Assembly: GCA_964588765.1 (NCBI GenBank)
Contig: CAZPQS010000003.1
Coordinates: 1 to 35,436, forward strand
Length of the DNA: 35,436 bases
Origin: an uncultured Planctomycetales bacterium
GTDB taxonomy: Bacteria; Omnitrophota; Gorgyraeia; Gygaellales; JAHJCI01
Reading direction: 5' to 3'
Part shown: in pieces, positions 10,277 to 18,761 of the stretch
Numbering within the stretch: the first letter of the stretch is position 1
How the letters are laid out: each line of letters opens with the position of its first letter
Made by a program: the position numbers and the translations under genes
Notes under the pieces: model-generated
Database searches by the model: none
Seen by the model: the letters and a program-made list of their open reading frames with translations, nothing else
Told to the model about the DNA's origin: nothing

Positions 10277-11699
10277 TGGATACCTCAATATTGTTTCTAA
10301 GTATATCCCGCGCGCGGCGCATTAATAATTTTGGCGAATTAACTATTTTCTTCAGCAAACGGATATATTTCCAGATATATGTTTTACCGAATTTTCTATA
10401 TAGATGCCTTTTTATATCAAAAGGATAAACTAATCTATCCCAATTATCTCTATAATAACGCAATCTCTCCTTGTAGGCATCAGGATAGTTTAAAACAGTA
10501 TCTCTTCTTTCATTGGAAAAATCGCGATAAAGGCCTTCGTTAACAAGGCGGTTGCGAAAACAGTAATCGCCGAGCTTAGTCCCTTTATACGGATAGAAAA
10601 TATTAATGCCGCTTGATACGGGGTTCGTCTTCCGGTTCAATTTAATTGTATCCCATATCATGCTTTCAGTTTCTCCAGGCGTGCCTATAATATTTAAAGA
10701 TATAGTTTTCAGCTTGTATTTTCGTCCCAAATGGAAGGCCTCCATAATCTGCTCATTAGACATATGCCGGTTCATAACCTTGTTCCTTATGTATTCATTG
10801 CCGGACTCAATCCCTATTGATACCGACCAACACCCTGTATCCTTTAACAAACGCATAAGCTCTTCATCGACAATATTTGCGTGCAATACACAGCTAAATT
10901 TTATTCCCACCCTTTTTTTGTATTTTTCGCAAAATTCATCTCTCCATTTTTTATTCACCCCGAAAATATCATCTCCGATAGAAATTGAATCTATGTCAAA
11001 TTTAGCAACTGCCTCTTTAATCTCGCCGATGCAGGACTCAGGGCTTCTGTATCGCGGATTATTTGCCGCTAAGCCATAAACGCCTGCAATAGCATGATTG
11101 CTGCAATAAGAACATAAATAAGGGCAGCCCCTTGAGAAAAAAAAGGGCGCAAAACCGGCTTCCTTTATTATATCCGCGAAAGGATACACTTCTCTGTCGG
11201 GATATGGCAGCCTATCCAGATTGGCTATCAATGGCTTGAGATTGTTTATAATAACTTCGCCGTTCTTTACATAGGCGAAATTATCCGTATCCTTATAGGG
11301 CTGGTTATTTTCAATTTTATCTAATAATTCGGCGAAGGAGTATTCCGATTCTCCGACAAAAATTCCGTCTAAAAAACTGCTCTCCAAGATACATCGTGCG
11401 TTTATGGTCGGGTGCACCCCTCCGCATATAGTAATTATATCCGGGAACCTTTCTTTAACTAATTGCGCCATTCTCTTTACGAAACTGAATTGCGAAGAAA
11501 CAGAAGAAAAACCGACCACCCGAGGCCTAAAGGCATCAACCTTATTTAAAAGGTTTAAATAGTCTTCCCTTTTCCTGATAACTACCAGCTTTGCCACGTG
11601 GCCCCTCGATCTGGTTATACTGATAATGGAGGCTAAACCAAATGAATAGTAGTCTTGATGAAAATCAGTAATGTTAGGGAATACGAACAAAACTTTCAT
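10269..11699 (-). CDS. Cobalamin-binding radical SAM protein
   Basis: MKVLFVFP, VVGFSS, CGGVHPT, GESE, SRGCPYLCSYC, GDDIF, GIESGN, GTPGET, PYKGT. Confidence 0.92.
   Translation of the reverse strand: MKVLFVFPNITDFHQDYYSFGLASIISITRSRGHVAKLVVIRKREDYLNLLNKVDAFRPRVVGFSSVSSQFSFVKRMAQLVKERFPDIITICGGVHPTINARCILESSFLDGIFVGESEYSFAELLDKIENNQPYKDTDNFAYVKNGEVIINNLKPLIANLDRLPYPDREVYPFADIIKEAGFAPFFFSRGCPYLCSYCSNHAIAGVYGLAANNPRYRSPESCIGEIKEAVAKFDIDSISIGDDIFGVNKKWRDEFCEKYKKRVGIKFSCVLHANIVDEELMRLLKDTGCWSVSIGIESGNEYIRNKVMNRHMSNEQIMEAFHLGRKYKLKTISLNIIGTPGETESMIWDTIKLNRKTNPVSSGINIFYPYKGTKLGDYCFRNRLVNEGLYRDFSNERRDTVLNYPDAYKERLRYYRDNWDRLVYPFDIKRHLYRKFGKTYIWKYIRLLKKIVNSPKLLMRRARDILRNNIEVSSE
10282..10286 (-). promoter_or_regulatory. 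Shine-Dalgarno site (GAGGT) for the aldolase fusion gene
   Basis: acctc on the + strand, 5 nt upstream of GTG at 10276. Confidence 0.55.
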
Positions 11700-13644
11700 T
11701 TTTAGTTAACTCTCTGATAAAATCCGGCAATTTTGTTATTTGCTCGGGTTTATATTTATATTCATCGAAAATATTGTTTAATAAATTCTTTCGCGGTAAA
11801 TGATTATTTAATATCCACTCGATAGCAAAACAAAGGTCGGCTTCGGAATCCACATTGTATACAGCTGATGGCATTATATTAGTAGCGGAAGGAAAAATTT
11901 TCGTGCCGCGTATATGCTGATAACGATTATATTTGTTAAATATTAATACGGGAACATTGTTATTTAACGCTTCTTCTATAGTAGAAGAAGAATAACTGAC
12001 AAGAAGGTCGCTGATAGAAAGACTATCAATGAAATTTCCGCCGGAAACGATAGAATATGAATTAGACTTCGGTAAACTGGCCTTCAAATCTTCTACACCT
12101 AATTCACCCTTGGGGCGATAACGAATAATAAGGAATATTCCTTTAATTTTTTCAATAGCTTTTATTAAAGCGCATATCCCGTCTACATATTCATCGACAG
12201 TCTCGTAATTTAAAAATCTTTGGCCTCGGCGGTCTTTCGGAGTGCTAGCATGAAGAATTATTTTTTCATTACCGGTTACATATTGCGAGCGTAAGATATC
12301 ACTTTGCCTGCCTCTTTTACAATTCCTTGCAAAAATTAAAGGACCGGTGATAATGAGTTTACTTTTAACGGGTATATCTAATATAAATTTTTCAATTAAC
12401 GGCGTTTGAAGAGCAAGGTATTTATAGGGGGCATTAACCTGCCCTAAGGCATTCTCGCGCCATTCTTTTTTAGAATATTCGTCCTCTACGGGAACAAATG
12501 AGCCGTGAGGCACAAGGAGAGAATCTACCTTTTTTAATTCGCAAATCTCTCCCCAAACAGAACCCATAGCACGGGCATGAGGAGATAATACGAGAACAGG
12601 CCTGAATCGATTAAGATATCTATCGATATTAACGGATTGATAATATGTTTTATCAATCACTGCCGGAGCCAGACCTTTTCGATATTTTATTTTTAACCAA
12701 TCAGAATTAACCCCGCGATAATTCCATTGCTCTATTAAATTATATAAGTTCTCTTGAAATTTATCTTTATCGTTTATAAAATCTTTGCTAAAGCGCCTCC
12801 TTCTGTTAATATTAAAAGGGAAATGCATATAAGATTCCGTTTGCCTAACACGCAACCCATCAAGAATACACCTAATTGTTTGAGTAACCGGTAAGTCTAA
12901 AATCGCGATATCATATTCCTGGCTAAGCTCTTTTCTTAAATCATCCAATAACGCCGCTATATTGTGAGTGCATGAAGTTGAAATAATTAATTTATGTTTT
13001 GCGTTCATTCTATATCTGGACAATACGCTTGCTAAATTCGTCAGCCAATTCTTAATACAATTAGATAGAGCCCTCTTCAGACGCTTAGAGCCGACTCTCA
13101 TAATTGTATTTACGACTTTAATATTCTTTTTAGAACATATTTGATTGACTATGTTGGTAATCGGGCGCTCTGTCGGTTCAACCAATATGCCCACTGCAAC
13201 ATTTATCCTATCGGGGCCTACGGTAAACACAACCTGTGGCTCATAATAATCTATGGCATTAGATATAGTTTCTACTCTATATAACCAATTAGTAAGAACG
13301 ATTCTCAAGGAAAATAGTAGATTCTCTGTATAGCTGATTGTAATTCCCACGGGATCACTCAAACGGCATTTCTCTCTGACTTGTTTTGTATATTCCTCAA
13401 GTTTGAGCAAAAGTCTGTGGCAAGATTTGATAGGGCAAAAATGAAAACTGTCTATTGACTTGACGTTATATTTTAATAAATAAGCCTTAATTAACGGATT
13501 AAAAGTTATAATCTTAAATTTCTCTGGATTGCACTTAATTTCTTTTAAACGCTTTTTTAAAAAAGCCTTTGCCTCATCAAGAAACTCTAAAAAAACAAGA
13601 TTCCTGACTGTCCCTTTATCTAAATCCGAAAAATCACTAAACAT
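11674..13644 (-). CDS. Orphan 656-aa protein with C-terminal GT-B-like domain; candidate CMP-ulosonate/capsule transferase
   Basis: LLVPHG, ITGP, IIRYRPK and SDLLVSYSSSTIEEALNNNVPVL resemble motifs of CDP-glycerol/capsule-synthesis/sialyltransferase GT-B proteins. RBS GAGGA at 13653-13657. Confidence 0.6.
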   Translation of the reverse strand: MFSDFSDLDKGTVRNLVFLEFLDEAKAFLKKRLKEIKCNPEKFKIITFNPLIKAYLLKYNVKSIDSFHFCPIKSCHRLLLKLEEYTKQVREKCRLSDPVGITISYTENLLFSLRIVLTNWLYRVETISNAIDYYEPQVVFTVGPDRINVAVGILVEPTERPITNIVNQICSKKNIKVVNTIMRVGSKRLKRALSNCIKNWLTNLASVLSRYRMNAKHKLIISTSCTHNIAALLDDLRKELSQEYDIAILDLPVTQTIRCILDGLRVRQTESYMHFPFNINRRRRFSKDFINDKDKFQENLYNLIEQWNYRGVNSDWLKIKYRKGLAPAVIDKTYYQSVNIDRYLNRFRPVLVLSPHARAMGSVWGEICELKKVDSLLVPHGSFVPVEDEYSKKEWRENALGQVNAPYKYLALQTPLIEKFILDIPVKSKLIITGPLIFARNCKRGRQSDILRSQYVTGNEKIILHASTPKDRRGQRFLNYETVDEYVDGICALIKAIEKIKGIFLIIRYRPKGELGVEDLKASLPKSNSYSIVSGGNFIDSLSISDLLVSYSSSTIEEALNNNVPVLIFNKYNRYQHIRGTKIFPSATNIMPSAVYNVDSEADLCFAIEWILNNHLPRKNLLNNIFDEYKYKPEQITKLPDFIRELTKNESFVRIP

Positions 13645-15000
13645 CTATGCAGTCCTCTTATTAGCGAACCAGCTCTTTGCTATTTCTTCCGCAAGCATAA
13701 AATCTTCTTCATCGCGCACCTTAATGATCGATATCGGATTATGAACTTCGAGAATACCTATGTTATCGCCGTATATTTTCTTTTTTCTCATGCAGTCCGG
13801 ATATATTACGTAGCCTAAGCCTTCTACTCCAATATACATTTTTTTCCTGAATTCCCTGGGGATATTCCCGGAATCAATCCTTTCGTAGCGGCCACCCTGT
13901 CTCTCCTGCCAGCAAGTCTCGAATATCGGCTTGACGGAAATAACGCTATCTAACCCCTTCGCAATAAGCTCGTGGATTAACTTATCAATATACCCGGCTT
14001 CTCTAAAGGGAAAGGTCGGCCACATAACGGCAACCATATCGGGAAAAATTCCCTGCGATTCAATCCTTTCAAGCGAATGCTGCAGTGTTTCGTCAAGACT
14101 GCCGTCTTCATTAGGCTTTCTTAAAAAAGGAACGCAGGCGCCAAGTCTCTCGGAAATCTTCTTAATTTTATGATTATCGGTTAAAATAAAAGTATTCTTT
14201 ATATATTTAGACTGCTTGGCATGTTCAATAGTATATTCAATGAGCGGCTTTCCTGCCAAATATTTAGGTTCGCCGCTCACGGGTATAAAAGCCGCAATAT
14301 CATACTCTTCTATCTTTTGGCTTCTTTTATCTGACTCGGGACCCAAAGATTCTATACTTTTTAAGACATTTATAACGCCGGCACAGCGTTCCATATTTCC
14401 ACTTTGATGTATGCCATGGTAATGATAAACGCTGGCCCGGGGTTCATAAATAATTTTATATCCTTTTGAAAGCATCTGCTTTGCCCAGGCTCTATCTTCT
14501 ATGTTTGATAGTGTATCGTCAAAGGAACACGCCTGCCAGAGATCGCGCCGAACCATACTATTGGCATTATGAAAAAAACTATCGTTGACTTGAATCTTCT
14601 TATCTAGGCCAAAGGCTATTAAAAGGTCTCTTTTGTCAAAGTCAGAGCTGAAAGACATCGGCTCTTGACGTCCATAAACCCCCGCTACATCGTCAGTTGT
14701 GAAATTGCTCAAAAGGGTGCTCAGCCATTTATTATTAACCGGTATGCAATGGGCGGAGAGGCAAGCGATATATTCGCCTTTTGAGGCTTTTATTCCTAAA
14801 TTCAAAGCCTTGCCCGGAAAATATTCGTCCACCGTCAATACCTTTACATTGAATTTTTTTGCCTTATCTAAGGTCTTATCGGTGCTTTTATTATCAACGA
14901 TTATAACTTCAAAATCCCGATAATCCTGGCTGAATACCGCTCTAAGCACCTCACTAATCCATCTCTCTTCATTCTTTGTCCTAATAATAATGGAAACCAT
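13645..15000 (-). CDS. Family 2 glycosyltransferase fused to a degenerate NeuA-like cytidylyltransferase domain
   Basis: N-terminal VSIIIRTKNEE, VDNKSTDKT, ACLSAHCIP, VYGRQ, EDRAW, VYHYH. C-terminal LAGKPLIEYTIEHA, VPFLR, WPTFPFR. Confidence 0.85.
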   Translation of the reverse strand: MVSIIIRTKNEERWISEVLRAVFSQDYRDFEVIIVDNKSTDKTLDKAKKFNVKVLTVDEYFPGKALNLGIKASKGEYIACLSAHCIPVNNKWLSTLLSNFTTDDVAGVYGRQEPMSFSSDFDKRDLLIAFGLDKKIQVNDSFFHNANSMVRRDLWQACSFDDTLSNIEDRAWAKQMLSKGYKIIYEPRASVYHYHGIHQSGNMERCAGVINVLKSIESLGPESDKRSQKIEEYDIAAFIPVSGEPKYLAGKPLIEYTIEHAKQSKYIKNTFILTDNHKIKKISERLGACVPFLRKPNEDGSLDETLQHSLERIESQGIFPDMVAVMWPTFPFREAGYIDKLIHELIAKGLDSVISVKPIFETCWQERQGGRYERIDSGNIPREFRKKMYIGVEGLGYVIYPDCMRKKKIYGDNIGILEVHNPISIIKVRDEEDFMLAEEIAKSWFANKRTA

Positions 15001-15004
15001 AATA

Positions 15005-15011
15005 CTCCCTC
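15005..15011 (-). promoter_or_regulatory. Shine-Dalgarno site (GAGGGAG)
   Basis: ctccctc on the + strand, 4 nt upstream of the ATG at 15000. Confidence 0.55.
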
Positions 15012-15019
15012 AAACTTCT

Positions 15020-16213
15020 TTAAAGCCCGACCCTGACCCAATAAGATTTATTTCTTAAACTTCGGTTAACAGCTTCTATTACTGCCGTGGAAACCAGAGC
15101 ATCTTTAAATGTGGGCCTTTTGCCTTCAAAATCTTTAGGTTTATTTAAACCGCGTTTAATATTTAGAACATCCTTGCAAAACTGGCTTATGCTTTCTATG
15201 CCGTAACCCTTAAAAACTTTTGTTCTTGAGCCGGAAGAGAGATAACTTTGCGTAAAATAAGGATTTATATCTTCTATGCCTTGCGCCTGGGTAACAACTT
15301 GCAAGCCCCTATTTTTCTGGTCACTCTCCAGCCTGCCCAGCGTTCCTATGATTTTTATTTTCTGGTCACTCATCGAAGACGTAGTATCAGGGTCAATCCA
15401 GTTAGTTAAAATGCTTGATACAAATTTATGTTTACCGGCGCCGGCCCACTCAATCAAGACCTGAATCGAATCGTAGTTATCGATACCGTGCCTGCTCAAG
15501 AGCTTTTTCTGTCCAGTGGCAAGAACTCTTAACGGCTTAGCTGCTGTAATAAAGTGAATTATGTCAACGTAATGCACCCCCAAATACTGAAAAATATTTG
15601 TATTTCTTACCCAGGCTTTAAAAATCTTCATGGGTACCTGACGACGCTGGCTGTATTCTACATTTATGTACAGCAAGTCCCCGACTTTGCCGCCGGCTAT
15701 AAACTCTTTCAATTTTAAGTTTGCCTCATCATATCTTTTATGAAATTCGACTGCGCCGTAAACCTTATTTTTTTCACAAAGGCGGATAAGCTTCTTGGCT
15801 TCGGCTACCGTAGGGACTAAAGGCTTAACCACAAGTGTATGTATGCCTGCCTTTATCAAGTCTTTTGCGACTTCATAATGAAGATGGTCGGGAACAACTA
15901 CTATAGCGCAATCCGGGTTAGAAGACCTGATTGCTTTCTCGTAGGCTTTTGTATCCTTCCCTTTCTGAGGAAATCCTTTAATTTTAATATTATTTTTGGT
16001 TATCCTGGCAAGCGAAGACATTTTTCTTTTTAGCTGCTTAATGCTTTCTGAATGCCTGGAGGCAACACAAACAGTATCTATAAGACCGCAACGGGATAAT
16101 TCATTTAAAGCAGGCATAATAGTCCCGTAGCCGGAAGTGCCTCTTCCTGTAACATACATACCCGCGCCTACTATCAGTACATTCAATTTTTTAGAATCTT
16201 TAGTTAATCTCAT
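15020..16213 (-). CDS. Gfo/Idh/MocA family NAD(P)-dependent oxidoreductase
   Basis: VLIVGAG, VVVPDHLH, LVVKPL, EFHKRYD, LGVHYVD. Confidence 0.85.
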   Translation of the reverse strand: MRLTKDSKKLNVLIVGAGMYVTGRGTSGYGTIMPALNELSRCGLIDTVCVASRHSESIKQLKRKMSSLARITKNNIKIKGFPQKGKDTKAYEKAIRSSNPDCAIVVVPDHLHYEVAKDLIKAGIHTLVVKPLVPTVAEAKKLIRLCEKNKVYGAVEFHKRYDEANLKLKEFIAGGKVGDLLYINVEYSQRRQVPMKIFKAWVRNTNIFQYLGVHYVDIIHFITAAKPLRVLATGQKKLLSRHGIDNYDSIQVLIEWAGAGKHKFVSSILTNWIDPDTTSSMSDQKIKIIGTLGRLESDQKNRGLQVVTQAQGIEDINPYFTQSYLSSGSRTKVFKGYGIESISQFCKDVLNIKRGLNKPKDFEGKRPTFKDALVSTAVIEAVNRSLRNKSYWVRVGL

Positions 16214-16214
16214 A

Positions 16215-16895
16215 TTACAATTTCTTACTCCTTTTCAAAGCATACAAGATTTCGGCAAGTTTAAAATCCTGCTCATAATCAACATCTACGCAATCAAGCT
16301 TGGATATCTCATATAGATAGGGCTTTAAACCGATCCAGTACCTCCATTCCATTTGATTGGCCTTGGAAGCAATGTAAACCGATCCTGTAATTGTGTAGTT
16401 ATTATCCAGCTCCTGGGTCAAAAGATGCCAATGCCCATAGGTACAATTAAGGGGCCTGCCATTTTCATTAATCAAAAATTCCTTGAAGGGAAGGACTGTT
16501 ATAAGGCTATCATAATCATTGGGTTCTAATCTTAAGAATTTCTCAACGACAGGCTTATAATCTTCAAAGAGAGGGGCTGTGACCATCGTCCAAGCCACAA
16601 CAGGGTCTCCCGGAACAGTCTCGAGCATATGAGTGTTATATTGATACAGCTTTGCGCTTGATTTACACATTTCCGAATCCCGCAACAGGAATGTTACCCC
16701 TAGTTCCTTGGCAATCCTTTTTGCTCTTTCGCTATCACTGGATACATAAATATGATCGAAACACCCCGCTTTCTTGAGTTGTTTTATCTTAAGATGTAAC
16801 AAGCTCTTTTCATCTGCGAAAGGACGAAAGTTTTTATCTTTAATCCTGCTTGAACCTTCGCGGACAGGTATTAATGCTACGATTTCTCTACTCAT
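16215..16895 (-). CDS. Acylneuraminate cytidylyltransferase family protein (NeuA-like)
   Basis: ALIPVREGSSRIKDKN, VSSDS, VTAPL, LTQEL, VDVDYEQDF. Confidence 0.85.
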   Translation of the reverse strand: MSREIVALIPVREGSSRIKDKNFRPFADEKSLLHLKIKQLKKAGCFDHIYVSSDSERAKRIAKELGVTFLLRDSEMCKSSAKLYQYNTHMLETVPGDPVVAWTMVTAPLFEDYKPVVEKFLRLEPNDYDSLITVLPFKEFLINENGRPLNCTYGHWHLLTQELDNNYTITGSVYIASKANQMEWRYWIGLKPYLYEISKLDCVDVDYEQDFKLAEILYALKRSKKL

Positions 16896-17686
16896 GATTT
16901 GACTCCGATTTGGTCCTGATTTTTTTTAAATTTATTGATAATATTTGAGCAGGCCTGATGAAAAATAGCGCAGTCCACCATATAAGGTATAAATTGTACT
17001 CCTATGTTTAACCACTGCTTGATATCATTCTCATTTTGTGCCAAGACCCCGGCGGCAATTCCCTTGGCTCTAATTATCTTTACGCAATCTTCTACTGCCT
17101 TAATCACTTTAGGGGAATCCACATTATCGGGTATACCCAAAGATTGCGATAAATCATAGGTGCCTATATATATAACATCGATATCTTTCACGCTGGCTAT
17201 CTTATCCAGATTATTAATGCCTTTGATATCCTCTACAAGAAGAACAATCATGGTCTCCTGATTCTCTTTATCCGTTCTCTGAGGCTGGTCAACGGCATAG
17301 TAACCGCAAGACCTGGTAAAAACAGACATACCGCGATTTCCCGAAGGGCTGTACTTAACTGCCGAGACTACCTCTTTTGCCTGTTGAGCTGTTGCTATTT
17401 GAGGAACAATTACCCCGTGGGAACCTATCTCAAGCGCACGCAGTATAGTCGGGGCATCGCAGGAAGGAACTCGCAGCAAAGGCGTGCAAGACTCGTTTTC
17501 CAGAGCGCAAACCATACCTTCGGCTGTCTCAAAGGACATCGGCCCGTGCTCCATATCGATAATTACGAAATCAAATCCTGCTGCCCCCATAACATTTGCC
17601 GCAGATACCGATGGTAGAACAGCCCATGTCCCTATACATGATTTCCCCTGCTTTAACGCTCTCTTCAAAACATTTGGCTTTCTCAT
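16892..17686 (-). CDS. HpcH/HpaI family class II pyruvate aldolase
   Basis: GFDFVIIDMEHG, LLRVP, GVIVPQI, GNRG, LLVE, YIGTYDLSQSLG. Confidence 0.9.
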   Translation of the reverse strand: MRKPNVLKRALKQGKSCIGTWAVLPSVSAANVMGAAGFDFVIIDMEHGPMSFETAEGMVCALENESCTPLLRVPSCDAPTILRALEIGSHGVIVPQIATAQQAKEVVSAVKYSPSGNRGMSVFTRSCGYYAVDQPQRTDKENQETMIVLLVEDIKGINNLDKIASVKDIDVIYIGTYDLSQSLGIPDNVDSPKVIKAVEDCVKIIRAKGIAAGVLAQNENDIKQWLNIGVQFIPYMVDCAIFHQACSNIINKFKKNQDQIGVKS

Positions 17687-17687
17687 C

Positions 17688-18743
17688 CTACTGCCCCCTT
17701 AATTCAATATTGTATTGTCTGCTAATTCGCATGAATGCATCCCAATCGGCAGGTTCCACAGGAATACCCTCTGCAGACCTTTTTTTGAAACAAGCCTTCT
17801 CCGGGTCATTAGCTACCTGAACTGCGATGTCTTTATATTTTGGCGGCTGACTCCTTATATCGTCTAATAGCTGCCGCATGCGTCTCTTAAAAATGCTTAC
17901 ATCTTGAAAACAATCGATACGGATTGCCGAGAAAAAATGTCCCAAACAGCGCTTTTTTTCTATTGGGTCTTTGTACATAGTAACAATATTTTTACCATAA
18001 GGCATACCTGTTACGATACTGCATAAAATTTCTACCATAAGAGAAAGACCAAAGCCTTTATATTGGCCTATGGGAAGAAGGCTTGTGACTTCCTCGCTGG
18101 CGGTGGTTTCGTTACCCTGGGAATCAGCGCTTGTGCCCGGGGGAACAGGCTCTTTGGCCTGCCTTAACTGAATGACTTTATTAAAATTTATCATACTCGT
18201 TGCCATATCTAAACAAAAGGGCTCTTCTCCTTCACAAGGAGCAGCAAAGCATATGGGATTAGTGCCGAGAAATGTCTCGGTGCTATTGTAAGTTAACATA
18301 AGCGAATCAGCGTGGGTAAAGCTCATACCAATCATATCGTGATTGACAATCTCTAAAGCATAAAAAGCCGCGGCGCCAAAATGAGAAGAATTTTTTACCG
18401 CAACCTGTCCGGTGCCGGAATCTTTGGCTAATTTGATTGCTTCTCTTACCGCACGCATACCCGCAGCATGACCATACGCATGATCGGCATCAAGTATGCC
18501 CGTACTCGCTGAAGTCTTTGAAAATTTATATTGAGGATTTTTATTAATCCTGCCCGCCTTTAAAGCCTGTAAGTAATGCGGGAAGAGCCGTATCCCGTGC
18601 GAATCAACTCCCCGCAAAGAAGTCTGAACTAATCCCCTGGCTACACAATCGGCATCAAAATCTGAGGCCCCTTCAGCAATCAAAACGTCTCTAATAAAAT
18701 CCTCGACCCCGGAATGCTTAATAATATTTAATCTTTCTTTCAT
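17688..18743 (-). CDS. Ldh_2 family oxidoreductase (ComC/AllD/YiaK-type 2-hydroxyacid dehydrogenase)
   Basis: RGVDSHGI, LDADHAYG, NSSHFGAA, GTNPI, LDMATS, YKGFGL. Confidence 0.9.
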   Translation of the reverse strand: MKERLNIIKHSGVEDFIRDVLIAEGASDFDADCVARGLVQTSLRGVDSHGIRLFPHYLQALKAGRINKNPQYKFSKTSASTGILDADHAYGHAAGMRAVREAIKLAKDSGTGQVAVKNSSHFGAAAFYALEIVNHDMIGMSFTHADSLMLTYNSTETFLGTNPICFAAPCEGEEPFCLDMATSMINFNKVIQLRQAKEPVPPGTSADSQGNETTASEEVTSLLPIGQYKGFGLSLMVEILCSIVTGMPYGKNIVTMYKDPIEKKRCLGHFFSAIRIDCFQDVSIFKRRMRQLLDDIRSQPPKYKDIAVQVANDPEKACFKKRSAEGIPVEPADWDAFMRISRQYNIELRGQ

Positions 18744-18761
18744 AGCGCCTCGGATTTAAAT

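Noticed and set aside
8546-18743. Aromatic or sugar-acid catabolic operon (DmpG-like, HpcH, Ldh_2)
   Set aside because: There are no ring-cleavage enzymes, acetaldehyde dehydrogenase, transporters or regulators, and the genes are translationally coupled to cytidylyltransferases and glycosyltransferases.
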